Assembly (NCBI RefSeq): GCF_009914755.1
Contig: NC_060931.1
Strand: one strand, 5' to 3'
Source: the human T2T-CHM13v2.0 reference genome, Homo sapiens
Length of the DNA stretch: 64,000 nt
Below the pieces are notes generated by a model that saw only the letters and a program-made list of their open reading frames with translations, did not search any database and was not told where the DNA came from. The position numbers were made by a program, and so were the translations under genes. How positions within the stretch are numbered: the first letter of the stretch is position 1; each line of letters starts with the position of its first letter. Of this stretch, positions 57,809 to 64,000 are shown one piece after another.

Positions 57809-59717
57809 TCCCCCATCCCACCCTCTGGACCCTCCTCTCCCCAGCCCTGCTGCACAGCTCCCACCAGCCCCAGCTTCACACAAAGCCAGGAGCACCCCAG
57901 GAAGGCTGCAGAGAAGATGAACCCTTGAGATGCAAGAACAGCCCAGGGTATGGTCACAGGTCACAGGCCAAGGTCACCGTGTGGGGATGCTGCCCAGCCT
58001 GCGACCCGGGTTCTAGGGACGGGGCATGAAGACCCCACGGGCGCTGGGTCGACGTGTCTTGGGGGCAGAGCCTTCGGGGGATCTGGAGGGGAGACCCCCA
58101 GGGCATCCTGGAATGGGTGGGGTGCCTCCCAGAGAGATGAGAGGAAACTCTCCACCATGAGGGCTCACCAGAACAATCCGGGGTCTCCTCCACACACAGC
58201 CCACCTGGCTGCAGATGGCTTTGCCTCCAGGAGGAACCCCTCGTGGAAAGCCCATAAGATGGCCATGGGCCACGGCGGCCAGCATGTCCTTCCTGAGTCC
58301 CAGTCCAGGGCCTCTGCAGGGGGAGGACAACTCGGGCACCTACCTTCACCGCTGCCCCTGGGCTGGGGGCTCTGTGGTGGGCCAGCCGTGGCGTGGCCAG
58401 TGGTCCCCAGCAGCCCCCAGGCTGAGGACACTCCCCTGTGGGAATCCCCGGGCTCCCTCTCTTTGGAAAACCCTGAGTTGCCAGGGATACCGTGGGCTCC
58501 ACACATCCACGTGGGCTCTGATCTGGCAGCCAGATGCGGCTGGGCTTGCGGGCACCCTTGGAGACCCCCAGGAAAGAGGAGAAGCTCCTGCCGGGGTGCC
58601 CGTGTCTGTGGCTGGCCTCCTGGTGTGTGGATCCCAGGCCTTGGAAGAAGCTCCTGTGGGAAGGGGCTGCTTTGTTTCTGAGAAGTAAGAGTCCCCCCTC
58701 CTCCCACACGCAGGACACAGTGCCTCCGCACAGGACTTGCCGCTGGGGGGTTGCGAGTAGCATGAGGGGGCCACGGGAAGGTCCCAGAGGGGGAGAGGAG
58801 GGTGAGGCTGAGGACAGGAGCAGGGCATGCTCCCAGGCACTCAGGACCTTCCCGTGGGGTGCTCGGAGGGTGTGTGATCATGGGAGGGGAGTCAGGGCGC
58901 CTCCAGGGTGAAGACCAGGGAGTGGCAGCCACGTGGTGGAGCGGATGGTCCCCCCTCTCCTGCCCACGTCCCCAACGTCCCCCTTGTCTAACAGTCCACA
59001 CTGAGAGCAGCGGAAGGTGCTGGCAGGCCTGGGGAGGAAGGCGGACAAACCCCGCCCACCCCAGGCATCAGGGCAGGTCCAGAACAGCCACGCCCCGAGG
59101 CACCTGCCAGTGGAGACAGGCAAGGTGCAGGTGGCACAGCTGCAGGCCCCAGTCGCCCTCTGCCTCCCACAGGGAGCCTACAGTCCATTCCTGCGGCTGG
59201 CACCTTCCAGGCCTGTGTCCACCTGCTCTGCCCAGCCCACACCTTGCCCACACCTGGGCTCGAGACGCTGCACTAACGGCCTCTGAAGCCCTCTCTGTCT
59301 ACAGCGACTGACCCTGCGGTGGCTTGTGGCCCTGCCTGCAGAGAAGCAGGAGCAAGCGCAGGAGGCAGCAGCCTCACACCACAGCCAGCACCTTGGGTCC
59401 CCTGGGCCAAGCGCGTTCTTGGAGCAAGAAAGAGCTCTTGGGGTAGCCCTGGGCACCTGGCCTCAGCCCCACGTTCCTCAGGGAGAGGGAAGCTAAGCCT
59501 CCCAGAGAACTGACCAGTGCAGAGACCCATGATGACTCAACTGGTTCCAGCCGGATCCACCCAACGCTATGGCTGAGCTCATTCTATGACCCCCAAGGCA
59601 GCCTCAGCTCCGAGAAACAGGAGGCTTGCCCCCATCCCCATTTCCTGAGCCCGGCGCTGAGCCTGGTGCAGGGCAGCCAAGAGCCCCTCTCCTGTAGGTG
59701 GAGGACCGTCCTGGGGA

Positions 59718-60075
59718 TGCACACACAACACACATGTCCACACATAAACACACACGTGCATAAACACACACGCACACACGCACATGTACACACGTGTATA
59801 CATGTACACACGCACATATACACAACGTGTATACACACGCACACACGTAAACACACGCACACACGTGTACGCAACACTCGTATACACATGCACACACGTA
59901 CACAACACACGTATACACATGCGCATACATGCACACGCACACCCCCTCATGCGAACACACATGCGTGCACACACACCCATGCGAACACACATACACGCAC
60001 ACACACACACATACACATGCACACACGTACACACATGCACACACGTACACGTGCACGTGCACGCAGCGTGCACAT
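59718..60075. repeat. (CA)n-like alternating purine-pyrimidine tract
   Basis: About 350 bp of CA/CG/TA dinucleotides. Confidence 0.92.
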
Positions 60076-60945
60076 CCACGCAGGCCCCGCTGCTCATTCC
60101 GCTAGCTGCACAGCCACACTGGGGGTCATCTCTCCGAGGAGGTCATCTCTCCGAGGGCCTCCCACAGAGGTGCGGCTGGAGCCTGTCCTCCCAGGCAGGG
60201 CCAGTGCCCCCACAGGACACCCTGTCCCTCAGGGTGACTTCATCACAGGGACCCAGTTCTTGTCTCTGAGGAAGCCAGCCACGTGGACGCCGTGACACCC
60301 CTTATTCTAGGTGCAGTCAGCACTCAGGGAGACGGACAGGAACGGGCAGCAGCCTGTGCTGGTAAGCGCCGGGGAGGTGGCCACAGCCCGCAAGGCTGTG
60401 GAGCCCACGCCAAAGCCTCTGACCCCTGCAATCCTGCACCGTCCACCCAGCCACGCCGCAGGCACCATCCACCCAGCCACGCCGCAGGCAGCCAGGGAGA
60501 TGGCACCCTGTGCCCAGCACCCCACAATCCCCGTCTTCCCGCTCTTGGGTGGCAGTGGCGCCTCCTGTCACTGTGAGTGAGGGCTGAAGGCCACCACGAG
60601 TTCCCTCCTCCTCACCCCCACGTCCAAGCAGCACCCAGGCCCGTGGATTCTTCCTGTGGTGACGTACACCTGGGGCAAGGTTCACCATCAGACCCATTTC
60701 TAAAAGCACAGTTCCAGGCAACCCCTGCACGGGCAGCGGCTCTGCTGCCGCCCCTGAAAGTTCCTGAAGGCTCTGGGCCATTCAGACAGAAAGGGCAGCG
60801 GCGGCAGCACAGGCCTGGCATGAACGCTCATACCTCACTGCTCTAGAACCTTCCACACAGTGTGTGCGAGTGAAGGCTTCGACCCCCTCAGGCAGGGGTT
60901 GAGACGCACGTCCGGGACAGAACCGCGTGGGGCAGGGCCGCTCAC

Positions 60946-61139
60946 CTGCAGAGGTAGTCCAGGGCCAGTTCGGCCCCCGAGCGCCTGGCAGGCGGGTGCT
61001 GGGCCACAAGGCCTGCCTCCCGCAGACGCTGCCTCTCCTCTTTCTTCCGTTCCTTTTTCAGCTTCCTTTCCAGGACCCTCTGCTCCTCTGGGGACAGCTC
61101 TGGCTCTGCGTCCAGCCCGGGCCTGAGCACAGCTTCGCC
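60946..61139 (-). CDS. C7orf50: C7orf50/CHLSN internal exon ([39 protein letters not shown]...ALDYLCR)
   Basis: ttgactttcAG acceptor, CAG|GTGAGC donor, 194 nt; basic coiled-coil; the start codon lies beyond the right edge. Confidence 0.95.
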
Positions 61140-62049
61140 CTGAAAGTCAAGGAACACATTAGGCTTCGGGGATGGAGGGTATCCAGAGACGGGTGCGCTG
61201 CCTGGGGCTTCCCGAGCCCACCCTCACCTCAGTAGTGGCCAAAAGCTCTGTCCCCAAGCACTGGGTCTGGCCCCAGCCGACACCATCCTGCTAAGCCTGT
61301 GCTACGACGAAGAGACAGACAGGTCACATGAGGATGGCCAGTCCTGCGGGCAGGCGCCAGGTGCCAGGATTAACTGCCCAGAGGCCCCTTCCCCACCCCC
61401 GTGGTCCACCTCCCACAGACTCCCGGCTCCCGAGGCTCTGTGAGGTCCTGCCCCACCCCACACAGTGTGGGAAGATCCGGGCCGGCCCCCAGGGAGGGCT
61501 GAAGGTGTGCTGGTGTCTGTTATCACACAGGCCAGGTGCTGGCCCCAGACCCGACCCAAATCCCGAGGACGGTGCCTGGGGCCTGCTGCTTTCTGGCAGG
61601 TCACTGGCTGCCTGGCTCCCCCTGGGCTGCAGGCTGGGGACAGGGAGGGGGCCAAGACCCCCAAGGGAGGGAGAGGGCCCGCTGTGACAATGTGTCCCCA
61701 GCCACATCTTGCCAGGAAAGCACAGGCCCTCCGTCTTGCCCACCCTCCCCTCATTAACAAAAGAAGAGGACGGTGCAAAGCGTCAAAGCCGGGGCAGCCG
61801 GGCCACGGGGTGACCATGAGGTGACCCCAGCCGCTGTCCACATGCTTCGTCTTTTTTGGAAAAGTCAGAACATCAGTGTAGACTCCGAGCAAGGCCAGGA
61901 GCCCAGGGAAACAGCTAGGGGCGTGGGAATCAACCAGGCAGCGCCCACCGGGAGCTTCCAGGAAGGGAGGCCGGGCACAGCCCACGCCTACGCATCCCAC
62001 CCCAGGGAGAGCAAAGAAGAGTGAGGCAAGCCCCCCTACATACAGATAT

Positions 62050-62775
62050 ATATGCAACCCACCCCCCCGACACAGACACACACATTCACAGACTTCACCC
62101 CTACAGCCAAACACAGCCCCCAACCCTCACCCATGTACCCACACCGACCCACACCCACCCACACCCACCATACACCCACACTCACCCACCCACACCCACA
62201 GACACGGACACATACCCACACCCACAGACACCCACATACCCACCCACCCATACCCAACACACCCACACCCAGATACCCACACATAGACCAACACCCACAC
62301 GCCCAGACACCCCCACATGCCACACACCCACATACAACCACACACACCGACACCCACACACATCCAACAAATCCACAGACACCCAGACACCCACAGATAC
62401 CCAAACACCCACAGACACCCAGACACACCCACACACCCAAACACGCCCACAGACACCCAGACACACCCACACCCAGACACACCTTCACACGCCCAGACAC
62501 CCTGACACACCCACACCCAGACACCTGCAGACACCCACAAACACCCAGATACCCAAACACACCCAAACACATCCACACACCATCCCAACATACCCACAGC
62601 CACACACGCCCACACCCAGATACACACCCAGACACCCACAAACACCCAGATACCCAAACACACCCAGAGACACCCACAGATGCCCACACACCCAGACACC
62701 CACAGATACCCACACACGCCCACAGACACCCACAAACACCATACACACACGCCAACACACCCACAGCCACACCCC
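62050..62775. repeat. C/A-rich low-complexity tract (CACCCA/CAGA)
   Basis: About 700 bp nearly devoid of G and T on the plus strand. Confidence 0.9.
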
Positions 62776-63764
62776 TAGAGCCTGCCAGGGGTCCGCAGCA
62801 AGAGACAGGGCCTGGGGGACGAGGAGCACCGTCCCTGGCAGATGCCTGGCACAGAGAGGCTGAAGAGTCCCGGTGGGAAGGCCTGGGCCGCCCACACACA
62901 CAGGCAGGAAGCTCTGAGACCCACCAGGCCAGGCACGCAGGGCTCTGGGGAGCAAGATTTTCATGGTGGGGATGTGGACACCCCCAGGGGAGCCTGGTGA
63001 CTGACCGGCTCCAACCAGCTCCATGCTCACCTCCTAGGCCCACAGCCGCCCACAGCCGCCAACGGGGCAGGCACAACAACTGGCCCTGAAAGGTAAAAAC
63101 CCTCCTGGCACAGGCCCAGCCTCGGCCCCCACTCCATGGGCCACGCAGTCCACGGCTGATCACACGGGCCAAAGTCCATAACACTGTTAGGGCTGCACAG
63201 GGGCCGCCGCGGTGGCCGAGGGTCTGTCAGCCCACATGCGTGGGGCACCCGGACAGGCCCTGAGCAGGTGGGCAGGGCCCTGTGGTAGGGTCCCAGGTTG
63301 GTGGCCAGAGTGGTGAGGACGGGGCCAAGGCTGTGGGCAACAGCAACGTGGGCGCTGGCCTGGGGTGGATGGCGAGGGGAACCCAGGCCGTCCCATATCG
63401 GGGCCAAGCCGGGGACCCGCAGGCCCAGCTGTTTCCCGCAGGCTTCCTGAGCGCCCGGTGCAGGGCTGCTTCTTGTGTCAGGCACCAGCCTGGATGCTGC
63501 GGAAACAGCTTCCTTCACACCCACTCTTGCTTCTGGCCACCAGCGCTCCCGACCTGGCAGGAGTCACAGCCCAATTCCCGTGTCCCCGAGGGAGCCACTG
63601 TGGCCACGAGGTGGGAAGCTCAGGAGTGCCACCCACTGCCCTGGGCTGTGCCTGACACTGGCCGGTGCACCTTTAACTTTTCCAAACTCCTGCTTTCTGT
63701 GCTGGGCCTCAACAGAAGACGCAGGGGCAGCTGGAGTGAGGGTGCTGCGCCCGGAGAGCCAGGG

Positions 63765-63882
63765 GCCTTGGGGGTGCCCGGCTCCACTCTGCGCCATCGG
63801 CTGCCCCGTGCTCGCGCTCGCTGCCTTGGGGGTGCCGGCTCCACTCCGTGCCATCGGCCGCCCTATGCTCGCGCTCACTGTC
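63765..63882. repeat. ~58-bp tandem duplication, 2 copies
   Basis: ccttgggggtgcc(c)ggctccactc...gccatcggc...tgctcgcgctc twice. Confidence 0.8.
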
Positions 63883-64000
63883 CTGGACCAGGCAATTCCC
63901 CAAGGCTGTGACCACGACGTGAGCGACCTCAGCTATCTTGGGATGACACAGGCGGGCCCCGGGAGGGTGTGCAGCTGGAGGGGGCGGGAGGCAGCAGGTC

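Noticed and set aside
61140-64000. Genes known to nest in the large C7orf50 intron (MIR339, GPR146, GPER1)
   Set aside because: No GPCR ORF or recognisable miRNA hairpin here; they should lie beyond the right edge

Overview
Human (primate) genomic DNA, recognisable as the GC-rich, Alu- and VNTR-dense 7p22.3 locus. It contains four genes, all resolved at exon level. (1) The 5' end of ADAP1 on the minus strand: a CpG-island first coding exon at 5394-5475 and a phase-compatible alternative first exon at 6291-6405. (2) The complete COX19 gene (minus, 3 coding exons, 90 aa, twin Cx9C, with a probable ~4.5 kb 3'UTR). (3) The complete CYP2W1 gene (plus, TATA box, 9 exons, 490 aa). (4) The last three coding exons and polyA signal of C7orf50/CHLSN (cholesin, minus), convergent with CYP2W1. 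Repeats include more than 30 Alu pieces, an LTR13-type solo LTR with a perfect 6-bp TSD, MLT1 LTRs, MER44/Tigger7, L1M fragments and several minisatellites, the largest 2.7 kb. Nearly all long ORFs in the supplied track are artefacts of GC-rich or repeat DNA. I found no convincing wholly new biological system. The best leads are RNA-processing features: an orphan minus-strand terminal exon at ~28960-29172 (possible antisense transcript across CYP2W1), a VNTR that multiplies the CHLSN splice donor, an intronic polyA signal and stop-free 3n introns in CYP2W1, a zinc-finger-less ADAP1 first exon, and phase compatibility for a COX19-ADAP1 read-through. Gene and repeat names come from recall, not from database searches, and repeat boundaries are approximate.
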